A DNA stretch of 64,000 bases from assembly GCA_963808625.1 (NCBI GenBank), contig CAWEHK010000018.1, positions 128,001 to 192,000 on the forward strand. Reading direction: 5' to 3'. The notes under the pieces were generated by a model. The model saw only the letters and a program-made list of their open reading frames with translations. It made no database searches and was not told the origin of the DNA. Positions 1-10,219 of the stretch are shown here, piece after piece; the first letter of the stretch is position 1, and each line of letters starts with the position of its first letter. This DNA is from an uncultured delta proteobacterium (GTDB lineage: Bacteria; Desulfobacterota; Syntrophobacteria; Syntrophobacterales; Syntrophobacteraceae). Both the position numbers and the translations under genes were made by a program.

Positions 1-391
1 TATTTCTTTTGAGAAGACAGCGGACCAGTTCCTCGCCCAGGACGGGAGGACGGCCTTTAGAGTACAGATATCCATGCTGAAATTCGGCATGAATACCCCA
101 CTGCATGAGCTCATTCAATCGCAGAGGAGCTTCGTCAACGAGAATTTCAACCAGTTCGCGCTGGTTTGTCCCCCGGCCCGCCATGAGGGTGCGCTGCAAA
201 TGGCCGTCCGTCGCTGCCCCATCGGCCGTTCCGGCCATCACCCCGCCACTGAACCAGGTGCAGGTTGACTTGCCCGGCACGCCTTTGGAAGCAACCAGGA
301 CCTCGAGGCCTTTCTCTCGTGCCGCTATCGCTGCTCTCAAGCCCGCAGCGCCGCTGCCCAGCACCAGGACATCGCAGCCAAGATGATCCAC
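1..391 (-). CDS. FAD-dependent oxidoreductase (fumarate reductase/L-aspartate oxidase flavoprotein family), N-terminal part, runs off the window edge
   Basis: Not in the ORF track. Manual translation from GTG at 391 (GAGGAG SD upstream) gives MDHLGCDVLVLGSGAAGLRAAIAAREKGLEVLVASKG..., a GxGxxG FAD-binding motif. Confidence 0.85.
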   Translation of the reverse strand, partial: MDHLGCDVLVLGSGAAGLRAAIAAREKGLEVLVASKGVPGKSTCTWFSGGVMAGTADGAATDGHLQRTLMAGRGTNQRELVEILVDEAPLRLNELMQWGIHAEFQHGYLYSKGRPPVLGEELVRCLLKRN

Positions 392-640
392 GCTCACCTC
401 CTCGATGTGAAAATAACCCTCCACGATTCAATAGCGCAGAATGCACAGATGAAAATCTCGAACCGCTCCCATCAAGGTATCAAGAGCGCAATCACCATGC
501 CACCGATCATGGTGCAACCGGTTCAAAAACAAGAGAGCCGGTCCCAGAAATCCATTTACCGTTTCCATCGGGGAGACTATTCTATCGTGGCCGCGCTCGC
601 AACAGACAAGTTTCCTGAGAGAGAATTCAAGGAGAGATCG

Positions 641-1354
641 ATGAAGACCATACCGCTTGATGAACGCATCATCTTCGCACTCGATGTGGATTCCGTCAAA
701 GTTGCGGAAGCATGGGTCGAACGCCTGGAATCCCATATTGGATTCTACAAAGTCGGATTACAGTTGTTCCTTGCCGGCTGGTTTCACATCGTCGACTGGA
801 TCATTAAGCGCAACCATAAAGTCATGCTGGACCTGAAGTTCTTTGACGTTCCGGAAACGGTGAAACTGGCGGTGAGGCAACTCCGGGACCGGGGTGTCAC
901 CTTCGCCACCGTTCATGGCAACGACCCGATCCTCAGAGCAGCAGCCGAGGCCAAAGGTGATGTTAAGATCCTGGCGGTTACGGTGTTGACCAGTTTCGGC
1001 CAGGAAGATATGCAGGAAACGCTGGGGGGGCCGGTGAATATTGAAGATCTAGTGTATATCAGAGCGAAGCGAGCCCTGGACTTGGGCTGCGATGGAGTGG
1101 TGTCGTCCGGTCTGGAAGCAAAACGGCTGCGAAGCCAACTCGGAGAGCGTTTCCTGGTGGTGACTCCCGGGATACGGCCCGGAGTCAACCGGGAAATCAA
1201 TCAAGACGATCAGAAGCGCATCGTCACCGCCGGCGAAGCCATGGCAAACGGCGCGGACCACATCGTGGTGGGGAGACCGATCAGCACGGCCACAGACCCC
1301 ATTGCTTTAGTGGAATTGATGCAAAGAGATATCGCATTGCATACCCGAGTGTGA
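641..1354 (+). CDS. pyrF: Orotidine-5'-phosphate decarboxylase
   Basis: IIFALD, KVGLQL, LDLKFFDVPETV, VTPGIRP and VVGRPI motifs. ATG at 641 follows an AGGAG SD. Confidence 0.95.
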   Translation: MKTIPLDERIIFALDVDSVKVAEAWVERLESHIGFYKVGLQLFLAGWFHIVDWIIKRNHKVMLDLKFFDVPETVKLAVRQLRDRGVTFATVHGNDPILRAAAEAKGDVKILAVTVLTSFGQEDMQETLGGPVNIEDLVYIRAKRALDLGCDGVVSSGLEAKRLRSQLGERFLVVTPGIRPGVNREINQDDQKRIVTAGEAMANGADHIVVGRPISTATDPIALVELMQRDIALHTRV

Positions 1355-1522
1355 AGACGGAGGACCCTCGACGCAGGCCGGCTCCTCTCGACGCCACCGG
1401 TGCGCAGGTCGAACAGGCTTGATCTTTTTGTCCCGAGATTGTATTCGAAGCAGGACTGGTGAGGGGAATCAATGATGGGATTTTGAGGACCTGCAGTTCG
1501 AAATATCTGGGTGAAGGGGGAG

Positions 1523-2296
1523 ATGATGAAAGGAGAGCTTTTGAGATTCAAACTGGTTATGGTGGCACTCACGGTCTTCGTTTTTCCGGTACTCGCCGGT
1601 GCTGATGTCTTCATGAAGGAAAAGCACCACACGGACGGCATGACGATCATGGGGCATGCGCAGCCCCCGCAGGACACCGTGGCCACCGTGTGGATTGCCA
1701 AGGACAAGATGCGCCGGGACCAGGGAGAAATGTCAAGCATCGCCCTGGTGGAAAAGGATAAGGTGGTGATCTATCAGATCAACCACCCGAAAAAGACCTA
1801 TATGGAATTGTCCCTCGGATCCGATGCCGTTCAAGATATGGCTTCGGCCATGGCGGGAGAAATCAAGGTAAAGGTCACGCCAACCGGCGAGAAGAAGAAG
1901 ATCGGCCAATGGAATTGCACGAAATACATCCAGGAAATGGACATGGGCATGATGCCGATGACTTCCGAAATTTGGGCGAGCGAAGACATCAAGATCCCTT
2001 TCCAGGAAATCTATGAGAAGCTTTCCGCAGCCATGACGGGGCAACCCCCGGGATCGCAGAAGTCCATGGAGGCGATGCAGGCGGAAATGAAAAAGATCAA
2101 AGGGGTCCCGGTGCTTACCGTCACCACCACGACGGTGATGAAAGACGCAACCATGAAAAGCTCGCGCGAATTGCTGGAGGTGAAAGAGGACACGGCACCG
2201 GCGGGCATTTTTGATCTCCCCGAGGGATATGCCAAGCAGACTCTGCCTCAGGGCCTGGGTGAGCGCAAGAAACCCGGAAAACAAAAAACCCAATAG
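1523..2296 (+). CDS. Exported DUF4412-like protein
   Basis: Signal peptide, then TPTGEKKKIGQWNCTKY and FDLPEGY motifs typical of DUF4412. Confidence 0.7.
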   Translation: MMKGELLRFKLVMVALTVFVFPVLAGADVFMKEKHHTDGMTIMGHAQPPQDTVATVWIAKDKMRRDQGEMSSIALVEKDKVVIYQINHPKKTYMELSLGSDAVQDMASAMAGEIKVKVTPTGEKKKIGQWNCTKYIQEMDMGMMPMTSEIWASEDIKIPFQEIYEKLSAAMTGQPPGSQKSMEAMQAEMKKIKGVPVLTVTTTTVMKDATMKSSRELLEVKEDTAPAGIFDLPEGYAKQTLPQGLGERKKPGKQKTQ

Positions 2297-2326
2297 GGGA
2301 AACGATTCAGAAACCGCGGGAGGGCA

Positions 2327-3907
2327 TCAGAGCCTGACCTGCTGCACCGAGATGATGTTGGGGTGGTTTCGGAGAGCATCGAGTGCCTCGGGAGGGGCCT
2401 CTTCGTCCAGACGCACGATAGCAACCGCCCGGTCTCGCTGTGGCGTCCGCGCCAGGTGCATGTTCGCAATATTGGCCTGGAAGGCGCCGAGGGTTGTCCC
2501 GATGAAGCCGATCGTCCCCGGCTTATCGAGGTTTTGAATGATCAGGTTGACCCCTTCCAACTCGGCTTCCAGGCGGTAATCGTTCAGTCGAACAAGCCTT
2601 GTTTCATCTCCCGGGAACACGGTGCCGGCAGCGGAAGACTCGCCCTTCTTCCCCTTCACCCGAACCGTGATCAGGCCGGTGTATCCCTTGGTCGCTGACA
2701 AGCTGGAGGCAATAAGGTCAATCTGACGCTCTTTGAGGAGCAGCGGGGCATTTACCAGATTCACGTTCTCAGCCAGAATGGGATCCAAAAGTCCTTTAAT
2801 AACGGTGTGCGTCAGCGGCTGCAGGTTTACCTCCTGCAGGTCCGCGCCGCTGTATTCGATCTCCAGGCGCTGAATGGGAGTGAGCAGCTGTCCCTGCAGG
2901 CTGCCCAGCTTCTCGGCCAGGGTCAAGTAGGGGCGAATCTTTTCAAAGTCCTTGGCGCGCATGGAGGGGAAGTTCACGGCGTTGCGGATGACGCCCAGCT
3001 GCAGGTAATCCAGGATCTGGGAGGCGATGGCTTTGGCCACGTTGGCCTGAGCCTGGACGCTGGATGCCCCGAGATGCGGGGTGCAGATCACATTGGGCAG
3101 CGTCAGCAGGGGATTGCCTATGGGGGGCTCCTGCATGAACACATCCAGGGCTGCACCGCCGACCTGTCCCGCCAGAAGAGCTTCGTAAAGAGCTTGTTCG
3201 TCGACAAGGCCGCCTCGTGCGCAGTTGATGATCCGCACACCGGGTTTCATTTTCGGGATGGTGGTACGGTTGACAATCTGGCGGGTCTCATTGGTGATGG
3301 GCGTGTGCAAAGTTACGAAATCCGAGCGAACCAGAAGGTCATCCAGCGAAACCAGTTCCACGCCGTGGATGGCGGCCACTTCAGGGAGGACATAAGGATC
3401 GAAGCAAATGACGTCCATCTTCATTCCCAGGGCTCGATCCGCCACAATGGTCCCAATCCTCCCCAGACCGATAACCCCGAGGGTCTGCCCATAGAGCTCG
3501 GTACCCATGAAATCTTTCTTTTCCCATTGCCCGTTGTGCATGGACTGGTTAGCCTGCGGGACATGGCGGGCAAGGGCCAGCATGAGCGCCAGGGTATGTT
3601 CGGCGGCAGCCATGGCATTGGCGCCGGGAGTGTTCATAACCAGGACGCCGCGGGCGCTTGCGGATTTTACATCGATATTGTCAACGCCGGTACCGGCACG
3701 GCCGATAACCTTCATCCGGGGAGCATGCTCCAACAGCTCCGCCGTCACCCGGGTGCGGCTGCGAACGACCATGGCATCATATTCGTGCAACCTGGCCTTG
3801 ATCTCTTCCGCACTCAGCTGCTCATAGGCATCCACGGTGATGCTTTCGGCCGCCGCGAAAAGCTCCAGACCGCTCTCATGCAGTCCGTCACAAACAAGAA
3901 TCTTCAT
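2327..3907 (-). CDS. serA: D-3-phosphoglycerate dehydrogenase
   Basis: GRAGTGVDNID, GLGRIG, NCARGG and TPHLGAS motifs, plus C-terminal ASB/ACT domains. Confidence 0.95.
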   Translation of the reverse strand: MKILVCDGLHESGLELFAAAESITVDAYEQLSAEEIKARLHEYDAMVVRSRTRVTAELLEHAPRMKVIGRAGTGVDNIDVKSASARGVLVMNTPGANAMAAAEHTLALMLALARHVPQANQSMHNGQWEKKDFMGTELYGQTLGVIGLGRIGTIVADRALGMKMDVICFDPYVLPEVAAIHGVELVSLDDLLVRSDFVTLHTPITNETRQIVNRTTIPKMKPGVRIINCARGGLVDEQALYEALLAGQVGGAALDVFMQEPPIGNPLLTLPNVICTPHLGASSVQAQANVAKAIASQILDYLQLGVIRNAVNFPSMRAKDFEKIRPYLTLAEKLGSLQGQLLTPIQRLEIEYSGADLQEVNLQPLTHTVIKGLLDPILAENVNLVNAPLLLKERQIDLIASSLSATKGYTGLITVRVKGKKGESSAAGTVFPGDETRLVRLNDYRLEAELEGVNLIIQNLDKPGTIGFIGTTLGAFQANIANMHLARTPQRDRAVAIVRLDEEAPPEALDALRNHPNIISVQQVRL

Positions 3908-3956
3908 CTATTTGTCACCTTGGCACGACGCATTATCAAATCGTCGACAAACAACC

Positions 3957-4026
3957 TCACGCAGAGGCGCAAATACGCAGCTAAAACGAGCAAATTCTAT
4001 CTCTGCGCCTCCGCATCTCTGCGTGA
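3957..4026. repeat. Imperfect intergenic palindrome (REP-like element)
   Basis: TCACGCAGAG (3957-3966) pairs with CTCTGCGTGA (4017-4026). An inner GCAGAGGCGC/CTCTGCGCCT unit is also present. Confidence 0.6.
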
Positions 4027-4054
4027 ACCAATAGAAAATTCTCAAGCCATCAAG

Positions 4055-4768
4055 CTATCCGCCCAAATAGGCTTCCTTGACCTGAGGGTTGCGGGCAATT
4101 TCCTCGGCTGGCCCGGAGAGGACGATTTGGCCGGTTTCCAGTACGTAAGCACGGGACGCATACTGGAGGGCCATGTGGGCATTCTGTTCGACCAGCAGGA
4201 TGGTGATCCCCTCATTTCGGTTCAACTGCAGAATCACATCGAAGATCAGCTCCACCAGGACCGGCGCCAGCCCCATGGAGGGTTCATCCATGAGCAGAAT
4301 CTTGGGTCTGAGCATCAGGCCCCGAGCGGTGGCCAACATCTGCTGTTCTCCACCGGAAAGCGTGCCGCCCTTTTGGGTGAGCCGCTCCTTCAGGCGTGGA
4401 AACAGTTCGAAAACGGCCTCCATGCGTCGTTGGACTTCACTGCGGGAATGGATTGGAAAGGCGCCGATCTCCAGGTTCTCCCTCACCGTCAGCCGGGGAA
4501 AGACACCACGGCCTTCCGGCACATGACCCACACCGGTCAACACGATCTCATGGGGTGGCAAGTTGGAGATATCCTGACCGGCAAAAAACACTCTGCCTTG
4601 ACGGGCGCGCACCAGGCCCGAGATCGTGCGAAGAGTGGTGCTCTTGCCGGCGCCGTTGGCTCCGATCAAGGTGACGATCTCCCCCTCCTCGACCGAGAGT
4701 GAAATGCCCTTCAGAGCGTGGATCTTGCCGTAGAAGGTGTGGATGTCTTCGAGCTTCAGAAGCGACAC
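4055..4768 (-). CDS. livF: Branched-chain amino acid ABC transporter ATP-binding protein
   Basis: GANGAGKST, LSGGEQQMLA and MDEPSMGLAP motifs. GTG start inferred just after the livG stop. Confidence 0.9.
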   Translation of the reverse strand: MSLLKLEDIHTFYGKIHALKGISLSVEEGEIVTLIGANGAGKSTTLRTISGLVRARQGRVFFAGQDISNLPPHEIVLTGVGHVPEGRGVFPRLTVRENLEIGAFPIHSRSEVQRRMEAVFELFPRLKERLTQKGGTLSGGEQQMLATARGLMLRPKILLMDEPSMGLAPVLVELIFDVILQLNRNEGITILLVEQNAHMALQYASRAYVLETGQIVLSGPAEEIARNPQVKEAYLGG

Positions 4769-4772
4769 GAGT

Positions 4773-5567
4773 TCACCCCACCACGATGTTTTCGGTCGCC
4801 GCGCCACGCCCCAGATAGGCCTCGATGACACGGGAATTGGAGCGAATCTCAGCCGGCAAACCCTCGGCAATCTTCTGGCCGTAATCCATCACCGTGATCC
4901 GATCGGAAATCGTCATCACCACCCTCATGTCGTGTTCGATGAGCAGGATGGTGATTCCGAGTTCATCGCGCAATCGCTGGAACAGGAGCATGGCTTCGCG
5001 CGATTCATTGGGGTTCATGCCCGCGGTGGGTTCGTCCAATAGGAGCAGCTTTGGTTCCGAGGCCAAAGCACGCGCGATTTCGATTCGCCGCTGGGCACCG
5101 TAGGGGAGGTTGCTGGCGAGTTCGTCGGCGCACCCTTGCAAACCGACATAGTCTATCATTTGGTGAGCTTTGGTCAGTGCCCGGTCTTCTTCCGTTAGGA
5201 AGGCTCTGGTGCGCAACAGAGCGCCCAGCATGGTCTGTCCCAACCGCTGGTGCATGCCCACCCGTATGTTTTCACTGACCGTCATGCCCCCGAACAAGCG
5301 AATGTTTTGAAACGTACGCGCGATGGCACGGGCGTTGATCTGGTCCGGTCGCAACCCCAACAGTGAATTGCCCTCGAAGAGGATGCGCCCATCGTCCGGT
5401 TGGTAGATCCCCGTCAGTGTATTGAAAAAAGTGGTCTTTCCGGCACCATTGGGACCGATGATGCTGTAGATGGCTCCCTCTTCGATGGCAAAGTCCACCT
5501 CTGCGACTGCAACCAGACCGCCAAAGCGTTTGGTAACACCAATGGTCTCAAGCAGGGGCATCTGCAT
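4773..5567 (-). CDS. livG: Branched-chain amino acid ABC transporter ATP-binding protein
   Basis: KRFGGLVAV, GPNGAGKTT, ARTFQNIRLF, LPYGAQRRIEIARALA and LLDEPTAGMN motifs. Confidence 0.92.
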   Translation of the reverse strand: MQMPLLETIGVTKRFGGLVAVAEVDFAIEEGAIYSIIGPNGAGKTTFFNTLTGIYQPDDGRILFEGNSLLGLRPDQINARAIARTFQNIRLFGGMTVSENIRVGMHQRLGQTMLGALLRTRAFLTEEDRALTKAHQMIDYVGLQGCADELASNLPYGAQRRIEIARALASEPKLLLLDEPTAGMNPNESREAMLLFQRLRDELGITILLIEHDMRVVMTISDRITVMDYGQKIAEGLPAEIRSNSRVIEAYLGRGAATENIVVG

Positions 5568-6969
5568 CCTCCGGCGGCTCGGGGGGGGCTTCCGAGCGAC
5601 TGCCGCTATTCTCGGGGTCGTGAGTGCTCAATTCCCGCTTGCGTCGTTCGGCCGGGATCAGGCCGGCCGGCCGGTAGATCATCATGAGCACCAGTATGAT
5701 CCCAAAAAGCATGCGCTGGTACTTGGCCGGGTCGAGCTGGGTGGAGAGGTTTTTCCAGGCGAAGTTGATGATAGGAATCACCGCGTCACTTTGGCGCAGC
5801 TGGCTCAAGTATAACGAAAGGCCCATCAGCACCTGGAGATTGAGGATGATGACTACGGTTGCTCCCAGGATCACCCCGGGAATGCTTCCGAGTCCTCCCA
5901 GGATCACCATGGAAAGCACACCGATGGACTGCATGAACGAAAAGGATTCGGGACTGACAAAGGTGCGGCTGGCGGCGAACAACACCCCCATCACTCCGGC
6001 AAAGGAGGCCCCCGCGGCAAAAGCCATAAGCTTCATCCGCACCAGCGGAACCCCCATGGCAACGGCCGCCACTTCATCCTCGCGGATGGCAGTCCAGGCC
6101 CTGCCGATCTTCGAGTCGTCCAGCCGCATGGCCACGACAATCGCCACCACCACCACGAAGAGCGCCGCCAGGTAGAAAAAGAGGTTGTAGAAATCTCCTT
6201 CACTGATTGGGTGCTGCACCAGGGGATCGAGAATGGCCGAAAGCGCGTTGCGCAGCGGTTCCGGCAGCGATGGGCGCTGGATGGGGGTGATTCCCTGAGG
6301 GCCGTTGGTGAAATTGAGGGGTTTATCCAGGTTGTTGGCCAGAACCCGAATGACTTCGCCAAAGCCCAGCGTGACGATGGCCAGGTAGTCGCCCCGCAAC
6401 CGCAGCACCGGCAGGCCCAGAAGGATTCCGGTAAACGCCGCGACGATGACGGCCAGGAAAGCGAACAGGTAGAACATGTCCGCCGGCAGAAAGAAGGGAG
6501 TACCGGGAGGTGCCGTGCCGGGTATGTAGTGCAGCAGGTAGGGTTGCTGAGATCCAAAAAAAGCCCACAAATAGGCGCCGACCGCGTAGAAAGCCACATA
6601 GCCCAGATCAAGCAGGCCGGCAAAGCCGACGACGATGTTGAGTCCCAGGGCCAGAGCGGTGAAGACGCTGATCTGGAAGATCACTTCCAGATAGAAAATA
6701 TTGCGGATGCCGACGATGGGGACCAGAACAAGCAGGGCAAAACCAGCCAGCGCCAGTTTGAATCGTGAGTCCATTTTCAAGTAGTAGACCACCAGGGCTG
6801 TGGACAGAAAAAAGATGAAGGCGATCAAGCTGCGTGGACTGAAAAACACCGAGGCGGTTCCCAGGGCCAGGTAGACGCATGTGAAGGCGTATGGTCGTTT
6901 GCCCTGCTGAAGCCAATGCTCACATTGGCGGGCAGCACCGGAAAGCAAGGATTTGATCGTGGCTATCAT
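5548..6969 (-). CDS. livM: Branched-chain amino acid ABC transporter permease
   Basis: GLNIVVGFAGLLDLGYVAFY, LRLRGDYLAIVTLGFGE and GRAWTAIREDE motifs. Confidence 0.92.
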   Translation of the reverse strand: MIATIKSLLSGAARQCEHWLQQGKRPYAFTCVYLALGTASVFFSPRSLIAFIFFLSTALVVYYLKMDSRFKLALAGFALLVLVPIVGIRNIFYLEVIFQISVFTALALGLNIVVGFAGLLDLGYVAFYAVGAYLWAFFGSQQPYLLHYIPGTAPPGTPFFLPADMFYLFAFLAVIVAAFTGILLGLPVLRLRGDYLAIVTLGFGEVIRVLANNLDKPLNFTNGPQGITPIQRPSLPEPLRNALSAILDPLVQHPISEGDFYNLFFYLAALFVVVVAIVVAMRLDDSKIGRAWTAIREDEVAAVAMGVPLVRMKLMAFAAGASFAGVMGVLFAASRTFVSPESFSFMQSIGVLSMVILGGLGSIPGVILGATVVIILNLQVLMGLSLYLSQLRQSDAVIPIINFAWKNLSTQLDPAKYQRMLFGIILVLMMIYRPAGLIPAERRKRELSTHDPENSGSRSEAPPEPPEDADAPA

Positions 6970-6975
6970 ATGCGC

Positions 6976-8151
6976 CTACGCCTTTTGTTCGACTTGTTCG
7001 CCAAGCAGTCCTGCAGGTCTGAAAATCAGGACCACAATCAGGATTCCGAAGGCCAAAATATCTTTGTATTCGGCCCCGAATGCGCCCATGGTGAAAACGG
7101 AAAGATAAGATCCGGCAAAGGTCTCCAGCAAACCCAGCACAATCCCCCCGAGCAGGGCGCCGGTGAGGTTGCCGATTCCCCCCAGAACGGCGGCGGCAAA
7201 GGCCTTCAAACCAGGGAAGAAACCCACAAAAGGATCGATCCGGGTAAACTTCAGCGCGTATAGCACCCCGGCGGCGCCTCCGAGCGCACCTCCGACGAGG
7301 AAGGTCAGGGAAATATAGCGATTCACATTGATCCCCATAAGGCTTGCCGTGGGTCGATCCTGAGCCACGGCCCGGATGGCCATCCCCATTTTGGTGGCGT
7401 TCACCAGATAATTCAAGAGCATCAGCATCATGACAGCGGCCACGATGACGACGATGGACTTGTATTGCATGTTGAGACTCATGGTGGTGGCGCCGATGGA
7501 AAACTGGCCGATGGATAACCGCTGGTCGAAATTACCGAAGGTGGGGAAGATTCGATGAAACTGGCCCGTGGTGAGGCTTTCCACCAAACGGATGGCGTCC
7601 TGGAGGAAAAAGGAAACGCCGATAGCCGATATAAGAGGGACGAGACGTGGTGCCCCCCGTAAGGGACGATAGGCCGTCATTTCCATCAAAGTAGCCGTGG
7701 CACCGGCAAAGACCATCGCAACCACAATGGCGAGGGCCAACCAGGCATAGGCTCCCCAGAGGGGAATGGAACTCAGCTGTCCCACCCCGGCGAGGGCGAT
7801 GAGCAGTTCGACGCCAACAAAGGCCCCAATGGCGAAAATCTCGCTATGGGCAAAATTAATGAACTCGAGCACGCCGTACACCATGGTGTAGCCCAAGGCG
7901 ATGGCGGCATAGACAAAGCCCAGGGTGACGCCGTCTATAAGGACCTGAGGCAGGTTCTGCAGGGTATAGACGAAAATGTCAACCTTGTAGTGGCTCAGGG
8001 TGAGCTGGTTGACGGCGGTTCCACGAAGCAGAAAGGCCAGGAGCAGGATCAAGATCGAGAGGACCACACTGCTCGCGGTGACAAAAACGGCAATCTGCCC
8101 CAGTGGGCGAAGCAACTCACGTAAAGCGGCAGATTCGTAAAACCGTCGCAT
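6976..8151 (-). CDS. livH: Branched-chain amino acid ABC transporter permease
   Basis: ALGYTMVYGVLEFINFAH and GLKAFAAAVLGGIG motifs. Start codon approximate. Confidence 0.9.
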   Translation of the reverse strand: MRRFYESAALRELLRPLGQIAVFVTASSVVLSILILLLAFLLRGTAVNQLTLSHYKVDIFVYTLQNLPQVLIDGVTLGFVYAAIALGYTMVYGVLEFINFAHSEIFAIGAFVGVELLIALAGVGQLSSIPLWGAYAWLALAIVVAMVFAGATATLMEMTAYRPLRGAPRLVPLISAIGVSFFLQDAIRLVESLTTGQFHRIFPTFGNFDQRLSIGQFSIGATTMSLNMQYKSIVVIVAAVMMLMLLNYLVNATKMGMAIRAVAQDRPTASLMGINVNRYISLTFLVGGALGGAAGVLYALKFTRIDPFVGFFPGLKAFAAAVLGGIGNLTGALLGGIVLGLLETFAGSYLSVFTMGAFGAEYKDILAFGILIVVLIFRPAGLLGEQVEQKA

Positions 8152-8243
8152 CGGAACTCCGGAAGCCGAATCGGGCACAGGGGGTTATCAGCGGCGCAGT
8201 GGACGCGGCGCAGCATCACTACCGTAAGCCGATGGGCAAGATG

Positions 8244-8278
8244 AAAAGAACTGACCCTCTCCGATGGGAGAGGGTCAG
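8244..8278 (-). terminator. Hairpin after livK (partial terminator or mRNA-stabilising stem)
   Basis: Perfect 12-bp stem CTGACCCTCTCC-GATG-GGAGAGGGTCAG, followed by TTCTTTT on the minus strand. Confidence 0.7.
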
Positions 8279-8293
8279 GCTAGACCTTAACCG

Positions 8294-9475
8294 TTACATG
8301 GGTGGGGCGATATCCAGAGTTTTGTCGATTTTGTTGTCATTCCACTTGGCTGGATCCGCCGAGGTGACCTGAATAACAAAATACTTGGCCACGGTCATGT
8401 CACCCTTGGTATTGAAATTGATGGTACCGGTGATGCCGGGGAAATCCTTGACCGCCCGGACTGCTTCAGCCACAGCCTTGCGGGTGGGCATCTTGCCGTC
8501 GGCTTTGGCGGCGTTCTCGACCCCTTTCAGGCAGAGGGCCATCGAATCGAAGCCCTGGGCTGCAAAGGGCTTGGGATCAGCGCCGTACTTGGCCTTGAAA
8601 TCAGTCTGGAATTTGGCGGTACCGGGATAGAGCTTTGCTGGTCCGGCCACGGTGGCATAGTAAAGGCCGCCGCCATCGAGGAGGGCCGGTCCGCCGATAT
8701 TGATGGCCTCGGGGGAGTCAAAGCCGTCATCGCTGATGAACATGCCCTTGTAACCCTTTTCGCGCGCTTGTTTGAAGAACACCGCAGCCTGATCATAAAT
8801 GCCTCCGAAAAAGATCACGTCGGGGTTGGCGGCGATGACCGGAGCCAGGATGGCATCAAAATTGGCCTTCTCCTCGGTGCCCTCAAAACCCGGAACGGTC
8901 ATGCCCAGCTTCTCGGCTTCCTTCTTGAAGAAGGTGGCGATGCCCTGTCCATAGGCGGTTTTGTCATGCAACACATAGGCGCTCTTCATCCCCTTGGAAT
9001 TGGCGAACTGAGCGGCAACCACCCCCTGAACGTCATCGCGGCCCACAATGCGGCTGACTTCAAGGTAACCGCGATCGGTGACTTTGGGGTTGGTGTTGGC
9101 AGGGGAAACATTGGCAAGGTTGGCGGCATGGTAGTTTTCCGACGAGGGGATCTGCACGCCCGAGTTGTAATGGCCGACAACACAAAGGATGGAGGGGTCG
9201 GCCACAATGTTCTTGGAGTTGGCAACACCGTTGTCCGGGTTGGCCTGATCATCGTAGGGTGCCAGTTCGATCTTGAATCCCATGGCTTCAATGGGCGCTT
9301 TCATCTGCTCCAAGGCCAGCTCCGCACCATTCTTTATGTCCACCCCGATGGCGGACTGCCCTCCGGATAAGGGGGACTGGGTTGCAATCTTGATCGTGCC
9401 CTTGTCCCCACTGGCTGCCAGCAGCGGGCTGGCCATAAGGAGTACCAGAAAAACCGTGAAAAACCTTTTTCCCAT
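8294..9475 (-). CDS. livK: Branched-chain amino acid ABC transporter substrate-binding protein
   Basis: Signal peptide, QSPLSG, VVGHYNSG, HDKTAYGQG and FPGITGTINF motifs. First gene of the liv operon. Confidence 0.88.
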   Translation of the reverse strand: MGKRFFTVFLVLLMASPLLAASGDKGTIKIATQSPLSGGQSAIGVDIKNGAELALEQMKAPIEAMGFKIELAPYDDQANPDNGVANSKNIVADPSILCVVGHYNSGVQIPSSENYHAANLANVSPANTNPKVTDRGYLEVSRIVGRDDVQGVVAAQFANSKGMKSAYVLHDKTAYGQGIATFFKKEAEKLGMTVPGFEGTEEKANFDAILAPVIAANPDVIFFGGIYDQAAVFFKQAREKGYKGMFISDDGFDSPEAINIGGPALLDGGGLYYATVAGPAKLYPGTAKFQTDFKAKYGADPKPFAAQGFDSMALCLKGVENAAKADGKMPTRKAVAEAVRAVKDFPGITGTINFNTKGDMTVAKYFVIQVTSADPAKWNDNKIDKTLDIAPPM

Positions 9476-9768
9476 GCTGTTTCTCCTTCCCTGATTGATG
9501 GTGTAAAAAATTTGGAATCTCTCACGATGGCAAACTTGGGCCATCGCACGCCCGAATGGATAAGTGAGATTTTGTACACGATTCGTTTGGAATAATCAAG
9601 CCGCGGAGTTGTTCTTGCACGGTGAAGCTGTTCAGCGAGCATATGCGATCTTTGCCTCAATTTTTCCGCAATATCCCCGACCCCCCGCCGTGTGCAAGGA
9701 CAGCCGCCACAGGCTTCCAACCGTGCTCGCGATTGCCGCCGGCGCGGTTTTGCGCGGGATGTGAGGCT

Positions 9769-10017
9769 ATGATGTGCAACGCCATCGATGAGCAAGGATA
9801 TCAAACCCACATCATGAGTACCATCGGCCATCAGACCAAGAATTGGGATACTGAAATCCAAAGCTACATCCACCGTCGCACAGAACGGCAACTCACACCC
9901 AACGTCCGCTTGGTTTTCGATTACTTGCGAATGACCAGAGACTCGCACCCCATGCAAACCCTTGAACGAGAAAAAATTTACCGTGGCTTTGAGCCGAAAA
10001 CATCGTTGCCTGCATGA
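9769..10017 (+). CDS. Hypothetical small protein
   Basis: 82-aa ORF with GAGG upstream of the ATG. No recognisable motif. Confidence 0.3.
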   Translation: MMCNAIDEQGYQTHIMSTIGHQTKNWDTEIQSYIHRRTERQLTPNVRLVFDYLRMTRDSHPMQTLEREKIYRGFEPKTSLPA

Positions 10018-10219
10018 GGCATACGCTCATCTACGAATGGGAAATTGATTTTTTTCAATGCATTTTTTGTGGTATTGTATTCGGATAGCGGTTGAGTGAG
10101 GCAGGCCACCGTCGGTCGTCTTGCGCAGCGTCTGGGCAGTGGACATTCATTTTGCGTGTTCGAGGGATCATGAACGAGTCAAGGAAATAGGTTTCGAAGA
10201 GAGGAGAAAAGGAGACGAG

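Noticed and set aside
2807..4702. 631-aa plus-strand ORF and similar long antisense ORFs (e.g. 21848..22942, 40046..41101, 55549..56472)
   Set aside because: They are antisense to well-conserved genes and are a typical artefact of GC-rich codon usage.
9525..9546. Sigma-54 promoter upstream of livK (TGGC...TTGC)
   Set aside because: GG-to-GC spacing is 9 nt rather than the required 10. It is only a short palindrome, possibly an operator.
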